From: Gammaproteobacteria bacterium
GTDB taxonomy: Bacteria > Pseudomonadota > Gammaproteobacteria > BMS3Bbin11
NCBI GenBank assembly: GCA_033791885.1
Contig: JASJFV010000388.1
Coordinates: 1-47,024, forward strand
DNA length: 47,024 nucleotides
Reading direction: 5' to 3'
Of the stretch, positions 9,736-18,520 are shown piece after piece. A program made the position numbers and the translations under genes. Under the pieces are notes generated by a model that made no database searches, was not told where the DNA came from, and worked only from the letters and a program-made list of their open reading frames with translations. How positions within the stretch are numbered: the first letter of the stretch is position 1; each line of letters begins with the position of its first letter.

Positions 9736-10172
9736 GTCACATTGAACAGGAACTGCAGGCTAAGATTCATTCAACTATCCCGATAAGTGCATCGATGGGT
9801 TATGAAATTGTCGAAATTTCTGCGACGGCGATTGAGACCCGTGCGCCGCTGGAATTGAATATTAACATTCATCAAACGGGCTTTGCAGGCAGTTTGTATT
9901 CGATTGCCGCCTTAACTGCCTGGTCCCTCTGCCATCACAATATCGCTCTGCATAAGCTGGATACTTCGCTGGTTATTGCGAAGGCCAGCATTGAATATTA
10001 CAAGCCTGTTGAGTCCGCCATAGAATGCCACTGCGGGGCTGGCGTTGATGAGGTTGAAAAGTTCATTGGCAGCCTGCGGCAAGGCCAGCAAGCCAGGCTC
10101 AAGCTGGAGGTCATAATCAACAGCGGCAACGCCATCATGAAAGCATTGATGGTGGCGACGCCCTGCAATTAA
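9732..10172 (+). CDS. YiiD C-terminal-like putative thioesterase (hotdog-type)
   Basis: 146 aa. Its ATG overlaps the matB stop in an ATGA. The IHSTIPISASMGYEIVEIS...HQTGFAGSLYSIAALTAWSL pattern resembles YiiD_C-type thioesterase domains (from memory). Confidence 0.55.
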   Translation: MSHIEQELQAKIHSTIPISASMGYEIVEISATAIETRAPLELNINIHQTGFAGSLYSIAALTAWSLCHHNIALHKLDTSLVIAKASIEYYKPVESAIECHCGAGVDEVEKFIGSLRQGQQARLKLEVIINSGNAIMKALMVATPCN

Positions 10173-10180
10173 TAACCGGT

Positions 10181-11155
10181 TTATACCAGAAGCACGGTGG
10201 CTCCAGTCGTTTCACGTGCTTCCATTGCACGGTGGGCTTCAGCGGTCTGTGATAATGGGTAGGCCTGGTTAACATGAATACTGACTATCCCACGGACCAC
10301 TGCGTCAATTAAGCGCTCTGCACCTTCTAGGAGTAGCTCCCGGGTCGCGGTATGTGTTGCCAATGTCGGGCGAGTGACATAAAGAGAGCCTTTGGGCGCA
10401 AGAATTTTCGGGCAGAATGCCTCTACCTGTCCTGAAGCGTTGCCATAGCTTACCATCATGCCGAAAGGTTTTAGCGAGTCGAGCGAGGCTTCAAAAGTTG
10501 CCTGACCTACGGCGTCATAAACAACGTCGACGCCTTCTCCGCCGGTTAATTCTTTTACGCGTTGAGGAATATTCTCATCACGGTATTGTATTGTGTGATG
10601 GCAGCCATTTGACCTCGACATCTCTGCCTTTTTCTGTGAACCCACGCAGCCGATGACCGTTGCACCGAGGTAGTTAGCCCATTGGCACAGTATTGAACCG
10701 ACACCCCCCGCCGCAGCATAAACCAGAATAGTGTCTCCTGCCTTAACCGGATAGGTACGAAATAACAGGTAATGCGCCGTCATCCCTTTAAGCATCATCG
10801 CCGCAGCTGTCTGGTCACTGATCGTGTCAGGCAATTTGATTAGCCTGCTGGCATCTACCAGGCGTGATTCTGCATAGCCACCCAAAACCATGGCATAGGC
10901 GACGCGGTCTCCGACCCTGAGCTGTTTAACGTCGGCACCGACAGATTCAACGACACCCGCTGCTTCCATGCCTAAAATGGCAGGTAATTCCGCTACAGGG
11001 TAAACCCCGCTGCGCATATAGATGTCAATGTAATTTAGTCCGCAGGCTGTCTGGCGTAATCGAACCTGTCCAGGTCCGGGATCACCGACATCAACCGAGT
11101 CCCAGTGCAGTACATCTGCCCCGCCGGTAGAATGAATACGGATTGCGTGTGTCAT
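10181..11155 (-). CDS. qor: NADPH:quinone oxidoreductase (MDR superfamily)
   Basis: 324 aa with a GroES-like N-terminus and the AAAGGVGS dinucleotide motif. No structural zinc cysteine cluster is present. Confidence 0.85.
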   Translation of the reverse strand: MTHAIRIHSTGGADVLHWDSVDVGDPGPGQVRLRQTACGLNYIDIYMRSGVYPVAELPAILGMEAAGVVESVGADVKQLRVGDRVAYAMVLGGYAESRLVDASRLIKLPDTISDQTAAAMMLKGMTAHYLLFRTYPVKAGDTILVYAAAGGVGSILCQWANYLGATVIGCVGSQKKAEMSRSNGCHHTIQYRDENIPQRVKELTGGEGVDVVYDAVGQATFEASLDSLKPFGMMVSYGNASGQVEAFCPKILAPKGSLYVTRPTLATHTATRELLLEGAERLIDAVVRGIVSIHVNQAYPLSQTAEAHRAMEARETTGATVLLV

Positions 11156-11376
11156 AGACCCTCACTGTGTGATTGCAGAAATAGAGTTTCCATCAATGCG
11201 ACAGGGCAATGATGACATAAAAAATAGCGGGAAAGACATTCTGCATATGGGAATACCCCTGCAGTTTGTGCAGCGGAAGATTCTTTAACATACACATGCT
11301 CATGATCCACTACACTGCCAGGATAGCATCAATATAGTCATATGGTTCATTGCTTATCCGTGCCTGAAGGCAGGAA

Positions 11377-12570
11377 TTAAACATACTGTCCGGCACACCA
11401 GCCTGATGACCAGGCCCATTGAAAGTTGTATCCGCCAAGCCAGCCGGTGACATCGACCACTTCACCGATAAAATACAGGCCGGAGACTGTCCTGGATTCC
11501 ATGGTTCTGGAAGAAAGCGCATCGCAGTCAACGCCTCCCAGTGTTACCTCGGCAGTTCGGTATCCCAGGGTGGCATTGGGTTTGATTGTCCATTCTTGCA
11601 ACTGTCTGGCAACCTGCTGGAAGTGTTTATGTGACAGTACTTGTAGAGTTTTATCAGCCAGTGATGTGTCAACCAGCGTGCTGATCACACGCCGGGGTAA
11701 AAATTGAGCAAGCCAGGTTTTTAGTTGTTGTTGCGGGTGATCCTGCTGAGCCTGCCTGAGCATATCAGCAGCATTTATATCCGGTAGCAGGTTGATGGAA
11801 ATTGACTCGCCCGGATGCCAGTAGGATGAAATTTGTAACATAGCCGGCCCACTTAAACCGCGGTGTGTGTAAAGAAGGTTTTCCCGAAATGAGATGCGTT
11901 GATTACTGACAACACACTCGATGGCAATACCGGACAAGGGTGAAAAACGCGCATTATCTTCAGGCTGTAAAGTAAATGCGACCAGGCCGGCTGATGTTGG
12001 CCAGACCTTGATGCCAAACTGGTCGGCAATTTTGTAACCCAGCGGGGTGGCACACATTTTGGGAATAGATAAGCCGCCGGTTGCAACGACCAGTGACTGG
12101 GCAAGATAGCTATTGTCTTTTGTGTTTATCTGAAATCGGTTGTCTGCTCGTTTATCGACACTGATTATTTCAGTCTTTAGTTTTATCTCGACCGTATTTT
12201 TCTCACACTCACTGAGCAGCATATTGAGAATATCTTTGGCGCTGTCGTTACAGAATAACTGGCCATGGCTGCGTTCGTGAAAAGGAATTTCATACTGGTT
12301 AACTAATGCCAGGAAATCCCATTGTGTATATCGGCTTAATGCTGACTTGCAAAAATGCGGATTGTGCGAAACATAATTGTCAGCACTGATATGGTAGTTG
12401 GTGAAGTTACAACGACCGCCGCCGGACATAAGGATTTTTTTTCCGGGCCTGTTGACATGGTCCAGTACTACCACTTTGCGACCACGCTTTCCCGTCTCAA
12501 TGGCGCACATTAAACCTGAGGCACTGGCACCGATAATCAGCACCTCTGTCTGTATGGATCTGTCCGACAT
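11377..12570 (-). CDS. HI0933/BaiN-family NAD(P)/FAD-dependent oxidoreductase
   Basis: 397 aa. It has the N-terminal VLIIGASASGLMCA FAD fold, SGGGRCNFTN, and the C-terminal EVVDVTGWLGGYNFQWAWSSG typical of the family. The start is 12 nt after the dbpA stop. Confidence 0.85.
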   Translation of the reverse strand: MSDRSIQTEVLIIGASASGLMCAIETGKRGRKVVVLDHVNRPGKKILMSGGGRCNFTNYHISADNYVSHNPHFCKSALSRYTQWDFLALVNQYEIPFHERSHGQLFCNDSAKDILNMLLSECEKNTVEIKLKTEIISVDKRADNRFQINTKDNSYLAQSLVVATGGLSIPKMCATPLGYKIADQFGIKVWPTSAGLVAFTLQPEDNARFSPLSGIAIECVVSNQRISFRENLLYTHRGLSGPAMLQISSYWHPGESISINLLPDINAADMLRQAQQDHPQQQLKTWLAQFLPRRVISTLVDTSLADKTLQVLSHKHFQQVARQLQEWTIKPNATLGYRTAEVTLGGVDCDALSSRTMESRTVSGLYFIGEVVDVTGWLGGYNFQWAWSSGWCAGQYV

Positions 12571-12582
12571 GATTATTTTCAG

Positions 12583-13956
12583 TTAACGCAGTTTTCGTAC
12601 TCTGAATTTACGGCCTTTTATTTTTCCTTCTGTAAGAATCTTCAGGGCTTGTTTCGAAGCGGGGTACTCCACGGCAACATAGGAGAAGTTGTCAGAAATA
12701 TCGATTTTACCGATTCTTTTACCATCCAGGTTGGTATTTTTAGTTAATGCACCCAATATATCACCGGCACGAAGTTTATCTTTACGGCCGCCATTTATGC
12801 TCAAGGTGACCATTGGAGGATCGAGCCTGAAGTTCTCCCTCGCTTTCAGTGAAGAGGTTTTATCAATACGGACAGGGCTATTTAAATATTCTCTTATTGC
12901 CCTGACTTTGCGCTGTTCTGAGGCCATGAACAAGCTTAATGCTAATCCTTTACTGGCTGCGCGGCCTGTGCGACCGATACGGTGGATATGTATTTCCGGA
13001 TCGGGTGAAAGCTCATAATTAATCACCGCTGGCAGGTCTTTAATATCCAGTCCACGGGCAGCAACGTCTGTTGCGATAAGGATGGAACTGCTTTTATTAG
13101 CGAACTGAACCAGTACCCGGTCACGATCCTTCTGTTCAAGGTCCCCATGAAGAGCCAGGGCATGAAAGCCCTGCTGCCATAATTCATCTGCAAGTTCCTG
13201 GCATTGTTGTTTTCGATTACAGAACACCAGGCTCGATTCAGGGCGATAGTGCTGCAACAGGGAAACTAATGTGCGGGTCCTGCTGCCCTTTTGAATTTCA
13301 TAAAAGATTTGCTGGATTTTATTATTATCATGCAAACTTTCCACACGTACATCGACTGGGTCGTTCTGAATGTCATCACTTATCTTTTTGATTTCATCTG
13401 GATAGGTTGCTGAAAACAGCAGGGTTTGCCTATGACGAGGTGTCTTGTCAATGATACGCATAATGTCTTCATGAAACCCCATATCTAACATGCGGTCTGC
13501 CTCATCGAGAACCAGTGTTTTTAATCCATCCAGCTTTAATGATTTTTTTTGCAGGTGTTTCAATATACGACCGGGTGTGCCGACGACAATATGTGGATGA
13601 TGCTGCAGTGATGACAGCTGTGGGCCTATCGGGTTGCCGCCGCACAGAGTAACAATTTTGGTATTCGGTATCGCGCGCGCCAAAACACGAGTTTCTTTGC
13701 TGACCTGGTCTGCCAGTTCACGTGTTGGGCATAGAATCAGCGCCTGCGTCTGGTAGGTTCGTGATTCAAGTTTGCTCAGTAGGCCAATTGCAAATGCAGC
13801 AGTCTTGCCACTGCCTGTTTTTGCCTGTGCCAGCAGGTCTTTGCCTTGCAGGATTACTGGCAGACCCTGCGCCTGAACAGGTGTCATTGCGAGGTAGTCC
13901 ATAGACTTGATATTGGCCAGCAGGTCAGCTGATAAAGGCAATGATGAAAAGGACAT
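12583..13956 (-). CDS. dbpA: ATP-dependent RNA helicase DbpA (DEAD-box with C-terminal 23S rRNA-binding domain)
   Basis: Motifs AQAKTGSGKT, DEAD, SAT and HRIGRTGRA are present, with a DbpA-type C-terminal domain (LSINGGRKDKLRAGDILGAL). ATG 13956 (MSFSSLPLS...) matches the usual DbpA N-terminus. The ORF-track TTG at 13989 was not used. Confidence 0.9.
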   Translation of the reverse strand: MSFSSLPLSADLLANIKSMDYLAMTPVQAQGLPVILQGKDLLAQAKTGSGKTAAFAIGLLSKLESRTYQTQALILCPTRELADQVSKETRVLARAIPNTKIVTLCGGNPIGPQLSSLQHHPHIVVGTPGRILKHLQKKSLKLDGLKTLVLDEADRMLDMGFHEDIMRIIDKTPRHRQTLLFSATYPDEIKKISDDIQNDPVDVRVESLHDNNKIQQIFYEIQKGSRTRTLVSLLQHYRPESSLVFCNRKQQCQELADELWQQGFHALALHGDLEQKDRDRVLVQFANKSSSILIATDVAARGLDIKDLPAVINYELSPDPEIHIHRIGRTGRAASKGLALSLFMASEQRKVRAIREYLNSPVRIDKTSSLKARENFRLDPPMVTLSINGGRKDKLRAGDILGALTKNTNLDGKRIGKIDISDNFSYVAVEYPASKQALKILTEGKIKGRKFRVRKLR

Positions 13957-14177
13957 ATTTGTCACGGAGTTATAGCCTGTAAAAAGCAAACTGGCGGACT
14001 GCCTTATTTGCAGAGTAGTGGTTCGTTATGATACCGCAAAAGAAGATGACAGGCGGAAGTAATAGCGGTATGGATTACCGCTGAGGTATGCTTTTGACTG
14101 TTATTTCAGTGATACTCTGTGTCCACTATGTTCTGAGCAGGTAGGAGTGAGTGGAATTAAGTTTTCACGGTAACTGG

Positions 14178-14432
14178 TCAGGGTTTAGCCGGGGACTTCC
14201 AGATATTGTTCGCTGCCCAGCTGGTTTGCAGATACAGTGTCTCAACTTTTTTTCTTGCCCAGGGCGTCTTGCGCAGAAATTTAAGACTGGAATTAATACT
14301 TGGGTCATTGGTGAAGCACTTGATATTGATACGGCGACCCAGTTCTTCCCAGCCATATTTCTCCTCCAGCTGGGTCACTATCATTTTTAGCGTCACACCA
14401 TGTAATGGATCCTGCGCGCCAGCATTACTCAT
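14178..14432 (-). CDS. VF530/DUF2132-family small nucleic-acid-binding protein
   Basis: 84 aa. [56 protein letters not shown] is typical of DUF2132. Its ATG overlaps the stop of the upstream RRM gene (ATGA). Confidence 0.7.
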   Translation of the reverse strand: MSNAGAQDPLHGVTLKMIVTQLEEKYGWEELGRRINIKCFTNDPSINSSLKFLRKTPWARKKVETLYLQTSWAANNIWKSPAKP

Positions 14433-14932
14433 TTTGACCAGATACCGGGGTTTATCGGAGCATCCTGTTTTGACTCATCTTTCTTGGGTTTTGCTTTTTC
14501 AGTAGCTTTTTTTTCAGCTTCAATATTTACAGCCACCGCTTTTTCTGCTTCGGTTTTTTTCTGTTTAGGTTTTACTTGTTCTGGCCTTCTGGTCTTTGCT
14601 TTTTCAGTCGCTTTTTTTTCAGCATCAATGTTTACAGCCGCTACTTTTTCAGTCTCGGGACTTTTCTGTTTAGATTCTGCTTGCTCTGGCTTTTTAGACT
14701 CTGCTTTTTTTACCCGAATTTTGCTGCCTGCCAGGTCTTTTCCGTTGAGGTTTTTCACTGCAGCCCTGGCATCGCCTGGGCTGGGCATTTCTATGAAGGC
14801 AAAGCCTTTTGAGTTTCCGGTGTCCTTGTCAGTGGCGAGGGTGCAGTATTGTACCTTGCCATAGGTTTCGAACAGGGTCTTTAGTTCTGCCTCTGTGGTT
14901 GTGCGGGCGAGATTACGTGCCAGTAGTTTCAT
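14429..14932 (-). CDS. RRM-domain RNA-binding protein with Lys/Glu-rich tandem-repeat C-terminal tail
   Basis: RNP2 (KLLARNL) and RNP1 (KGFAFIEM) lie within an approximately 80-aa RRM. This is followed by about 85 aa of K/E/A-rich sequence containing two 35-aa repeats. Confidence 0.85.
   Translation of the reverse strand: MKLLARNLARTTTEAELKTLFETYGKVQYCTLATDKDTGNSKGFAFIEMPSPGDARAAVKNLNGKDLAGSKIRVKKAESKKPEQAESKQKSPETEKVAAVNIDAEKKATEKAKTRRPEQVKPKQKKTEAEKAVAVNIEAEKKATEKAKPKKDESKQDAPINPGIWSK
14491..14700. repeat. Two copies of a 105-bp tandem repeat inside the RRM gene
   Basis: Copy 1 (14491-14595) and copy 2 (14596-14700) both begin TTGCTTTTTCAGT(A/C)GCTTTTTTTTCAGC(T/A)TCAAT(A/G)TTTACAGCC. They are near-identical for about 45 nt and more diverged afterwards. 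The period equals 35 codons. Confidence 0.85.
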
Positions 14933-15054
14933 CGTGATACCGTGTTGTTATGGAATTGGGGGATTTTGCTCTGTTTGATCTTCAACACATCGGCAATTAT
15001 ATCCTCAACAGGCTATCGGGCATAAGTGCTTATAGCTTTTGTATAAAACATGAT

Positions 15055-16242
15055 TTATAGCTCGATCTTGATTTCCTCAACTTCGGCCATGGTACTAATC
15101 GCTTTTTCCAGGTCAACTTTGTCCATGTTTGTCGTGCTTTGCTGTTCAAGTATTCGTGCGAGTTCCTGTTGTTCAAGGGTGGAACTTTCACCGTTGCTAT
15201 CTTGAAAATAGGCAGCCCACGGGACAAATTTTGTTAGCGGATATAACTGTCCTGCCTGTGGAGAAATGTCGATATTGAGGCCTGCGATAAACAGGATCTT
15301 TTTATTCTGGTAACTATCTTCTTTCGCAATTGAACGGAACGTCAGATCAAATTCAACCTGGGTGTTAATCTGCGCTGCCAGTAGACCCGGGTGCTGCGCA
15401 GTCATAATCTGTGGCATGTAGCGAATAAGATTATGCTCCAGGTGACGTGTAGCCTCGTCAATCTGTGGAATGTTACGGTGATAATAGAACATATCTGCTG
15501 TCAGCTTGTTTGAAATTGGCTGAGGTGTGGAACTGGAAAATACCGAATCTCCTACTTTGTCTACCAGCGATGGAACAGCAGTAAATACTTTTGATGTACT
15601 CAAAATTTTATGGGGTATCCGCTGCCCGTTTGAATCCTCCTCGATTAGTTTATCAAGGCGCAATAATAAGCCTTCTTCCCGGTCTTCACGCAATAGCTGG
15701 TTATCAACAATGATGAATTTCTGACCGTCAATTTGTTGAAATCGAATATTTTCCTGGGCAAACTGATATTCATTTTCATACCAGTTTAATACTTGGTGGA
15801 TTTTCCCGCAGCTCGAGCTACATTCCTGATTTGCTGTTTGCAGCCGGCGATAGGTGCCAAAGCGTTTTGTTTCCGGGTCATAGCCGACGTGGCTGGCCTG
15901 GATGATTACCAGGTCCTGACCATGGCTTGCATGTGGGGAATGTCGATCGGTGGCGACTATCCCACCGACAAGACCATGGTTAAACGGGAATGTGCCGAAG
16001 TGCCTGGCAATCATTATGACCGGGTAGCCCTGGCTCTCGTCTGAGCAGAAGGCGCGCGAGGGCATGATTTTGCCTGCTTCAAAACCAAGTGACATACACC
16101 AGTTGTACAAACGCGGCATGAACAGGTTGTACCGCATCATCATGCCCTGGACAGGGAATCCGCCGACGGGTTCAAGCATGTTCGCGGCCAGATCAGGCAT
16201 TAGATAATCAGCATTTTTGTTATATTGCGTGTTTCCATGCAC
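15055..16242 (-). CDS. Conserved hypothetical protein; tentative LCIB/beta-carbonic-anhydrase-like fold (unverified)
   Basis: 395-aa ORF on the same strand as soxA and 65 nt downstream of it. GTG start with no convincing RBS, so the true start is uncertain. Candidate metal ligands are AFCSDESQGYP, QASHVGYDP and ECSSSCGK. Confidence 0.7.
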   Translation of the reverse strand: MHGNTQYNKNADYLMPDLAANMLEPVGGFPVQGMMMRYNLFMPRLYNWCMSLGFEAGKIMPSRAFCSDESQGYPVIMIARHFGTFPFNHGLVGGIVATDRHSPHASHGQDLVIIQASHVGYDPETKRFGTYRRLQTANQECSSSCGKIHQVLNWYENEYQFAQENIRFQQIDGQKFIIVDNQLLREDREEGLLLRLDKLIEEDSNGQRIPHKILSTSKVFTAVPSLVDKVGDSVFSSSTPQPISNKLTADMFYYHRNIPQIDEATRHLEHNLIRYMPQIMTAQHPGLLAAQINTQVEFDLTFRSIAKEDSYQNKKILFIAGLNIDISPQAGQLYPLTKFVPWAAYFQDSNGESSTLEQQELARILEQQSTTNMDKVDLEKAISTMAEVEEIKIEL

Positions 16243-16307
16243 TGATTATAACCATGGAAATCAAGTCAGTAGCAATCATCGAGGACCCAGCTGGTATTGA
16301 TTGCGGC

Positions 16308-17072
16308 TTAATACCTGATTCCCGGTGTCTCAATCTTAAGCCCATTGCCGCGTGCGTTCATATAGACTTCGAGATTTATATATTCTACAGAGTCAGATGA
16401 ATAGGGTTCAGCTCGCAGGTTAGACAGGCAACCCGTGATACGCTCCGGCGTGCTCACTGCCTTTCCTGCGGTGTAGCGGTAGCCCGGGAAGCCGTTACTC
16501 TGCCCCTGGCTAAGCGTCTGGCCACGGAAAGTTCTGCCTGCATGGTATACATGGCATTGATGGCAGGCGATATCGACCTGGCCCCAGCGTGTATGAAAGA
16601 GTTTTTTACCTGCCTCATAGTAAGGTGTCATTTCACCACTAACATCGACATTGACGGTCTCGCCGAGGGCGAGACGGCGCACAAAGGCTTCTAGCTGCAG
16701 GGCTTCCGCGCTTGAATGTTTTAGTGCTGGACTGCCGATGCGCTCATCCTGACACAGCAGGATCTGGGCGCGCAGGGTAAGTGGTTTTTTAAGGTCGGCA
16801 CTGTAAACCGGATAACTGGCGATATTCTTGATATCAAGCTTGCTGCCGTCGTCGCCGTGACAGGAGGCACAGGATTTTCCGTTCTCACCAGTAGTGGAAA
16901 ACAGTATTTCGCCTGCATCGACGGTGAGCATGCCCGGGTTGCCGAAGTCGTCGAGCTGCATTTCCTGCATTTCCGGCATCAGGTAGTCGAAGCCGGATAC
17001 CGGCTGTTGAGCGTAAGCTGTAGTCAGCGCCAGAGCGGAGATTAAGAAATGGATTAAAATCAGTGTTTTCAT
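16308..17072 (-). CDS. soxA: SoxA, dihaem c-type cytochrome subunit of the SoxXA thiosulfate-oxidising complex
   Basis: 254 aa with a signal peptide and two CxxCH sites (CASCH, CHQCH). The conserved downstream Cys in ERITGCLSNLR corresponds to the haem-ligating Cys of SoxA. It is adjacent to soxX. Confidence 0.85.
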   Translation of the reverse strand: MKTLILIHFLISALALTTAYAQQPVSGFDYLMPEMQEMQLDDFGNPGMLTVDAGEILFSTTGENGKSCASCHGDDGSKLDIKNIASYPVYSADLKKPLTLRAQILLCQDERIGSPALKHSSAEALQLEAFVRRLALGETVNVDVSGEMTPYYEAGKKLFHTRWGQVDIACHQCHVYHAGRTFRGQTLSQGQSNGFPGYRYTAGKAVSTPERITGCLSNLRAEPYSSDSVEYINLEVYMNARGNGLKIETPGIRY

Positions 17073-17091
17073 GTCAGGTATGCCAGGTTAA

Positions 17092-17565
17092 TTATTTCAA
17101 ACTAGCCAGGTAGGCTACAACGTCTTCGATCTCCTGGGCGTTGAGCCAGGTCTTGCCTTTTAGCTCTTTGGCGACCCGGTTCAGTTGTGCCGGTGTGCGG
17201 TAATAGCCGGGCATCACTGTTTCCGGGTTAAAGTGGGACTGATCGACAACGTGAAGTCGAATCATGCCGATTGCCTGGCGTGAGCCTATACCTGTCAGAG
17301 GTGGTCCGAGATTGCCGAAAAAAGGCTCTTCTGTTATCGGCAGCAAATGGCAGGCAAGGCAGTTGCCGCGTGACTGATTTCCTGCAATTGCCCTGCCGCG
17401 TTTTGCATCACCTGCTAGTCCACCGAGAGGCTCATTGATAGCAAAGTTCTCAACCTTCCATTCGAAATAGGGGTGCGCTGATGAAGACTCTGTGGCGAAA
17501 GCTGAGCTTGTAGTGATTATTGCAGCGAACAGGCAGGAAAGCCTGAACAGGCGAATTTGCCGCAT
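17092..17565 (-). CDS. soxX: SoxX, monohaem c-type cytochrome subunit of SoxXA
   Basis: 157 aa with a signal peptide, a single CLACH haem site and a downstream ETVMPGYY Met ligand region. It ends 19 nt upstream of soxA. Confidence 0.8.
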   Translation of the reverse strand: MRQIRLFRLSCLFAAIITTSSAFATESSSAHPYFEWKVENFAINEPLGGLAGDAKRGRAIAGNQSRGNCLACHLLPITEEPFFGNLGPPLTGIGSRQAIGMIRLHVVDQSHFNPETVMPGYYRTPAQLNRVAKELKGKTWLNAQEIEDVVAYLASLK

Positions 17566-17839
17566 GATTTGAGACTCCTTACTGCAGGATGGATGGACTT
17601 TGAAAAACGCTAATTATATCATATTCGATGGTATTCAGAAGTTACGACCAACACTGCAGTAGCCAATAAATCAGAGACTGTGAAAAAAAAGCACAATCCA
17701 CCAGCAATAAGCCTCAAGCAGTAGGCTTTATGCAGAGTATCCTTTTTTAGCAGGAATAGCGTTGATGCAAATCAATGTATTTTCAGTGTATAAAGCGTAT
17801 AAAGATCATGTAATTATAATTACTAATAGGGGAAAGGCT

Positions 17840-18202
17840 ATGACCAAAATGATGTCGCTGACCAAATATGAACATCAAGTAATCCCAAAACTACGGGATC
17901 AGCTTAACCAGTCTGAATCCGTTGAAGATGTAAAGAAATTCTTTATCGGGAATATTCAGGAACTTCTTTCTCTTGCAACAGGTGGCGATCTTACAGCAGA
18001 TTACGAAGATATACTTCTCTTGCCTGACCAGCAGCCATACTATTCACTGGCACCCCAGTTAGCAGGCAATGATGCACTCGTGGCGTTGGCAGATAGTGAC
18101 CTTAATGCAGTACTAACACGCTTAGCTGAGCAAGCAGCAAATCGGTATAAACACGTGCAGAAGAACAACAGTAAAACGAAGCTGAAAATCAAAAATCATT
18201 AG
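17840..18202 (+). CDS. Hypothetical protein (120 aa)
   Basis: ATG 17840 has GGGGAAAGG 4-12 nt upstream. The predicted product is acidic and helical with a basic C-terminal tail. I recognise no family. Confidence 0.55.
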   Translation: MTKMMSLTKYEHQVIPKLRDQLNQSESVEDVKKFFIGNIQELLSLATGGDLTADYEDILLLPDQQPYYSLAPQLAGNDALVALADSDLNAVLTRLAEQAANRYKHVQKNNSKTKLKIKNH

Positions 18203-18216
18203 AGTCAATATTAATC

Positions 18217-18249
18217 CAATACCGGTGCTTTTCACGGGCATCGGTATTG
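18217..18249 (+). other. Strong hairpin downstream of the hypothetical gene (no T-tract)
   Basis: CAATACCGGTGC (18217-18228) pairs with GCATCGGTATTG (18238-18249), giving 12 bp including one G-T pair. It lies 15 nt after the stop at 18202 and is not followed by a T-run. Confidence 0.35.
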
Positions 18250-18520
18250 AATGATCTATAGCGTATTCATTCTCTACAAGTAAGTATTGTCTGTCAGCGA
18301 GTTCAGGCATAAGAGATTCAGTGCATGCCAAATGCATACTGCATAAGGAGCCTGTTACTTATACGTTCCATCATTGCATCAAGTGTCCTCACAATAGCTG
18401 TCTATTTCGTGCAATTCCTGTTCTGATGCAATAGATTCTGTTACTGAATCGGGTAGAACAAGGACCCAGTACAGCCGTCAGGGCAAATTACCGCAGAATT
18501 CCCTCAGCGATGGAGGTCGA

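Noticed and set aside
14064-14082. Hairpin AGCGGTA/TACCGCT between the VF530 gene and dbpA, considered as a terminator.
   Set aside because: No T-tract follows on either strand. It may be a structure in the dbpA 5' UTR, but I cannot support a terminator call.
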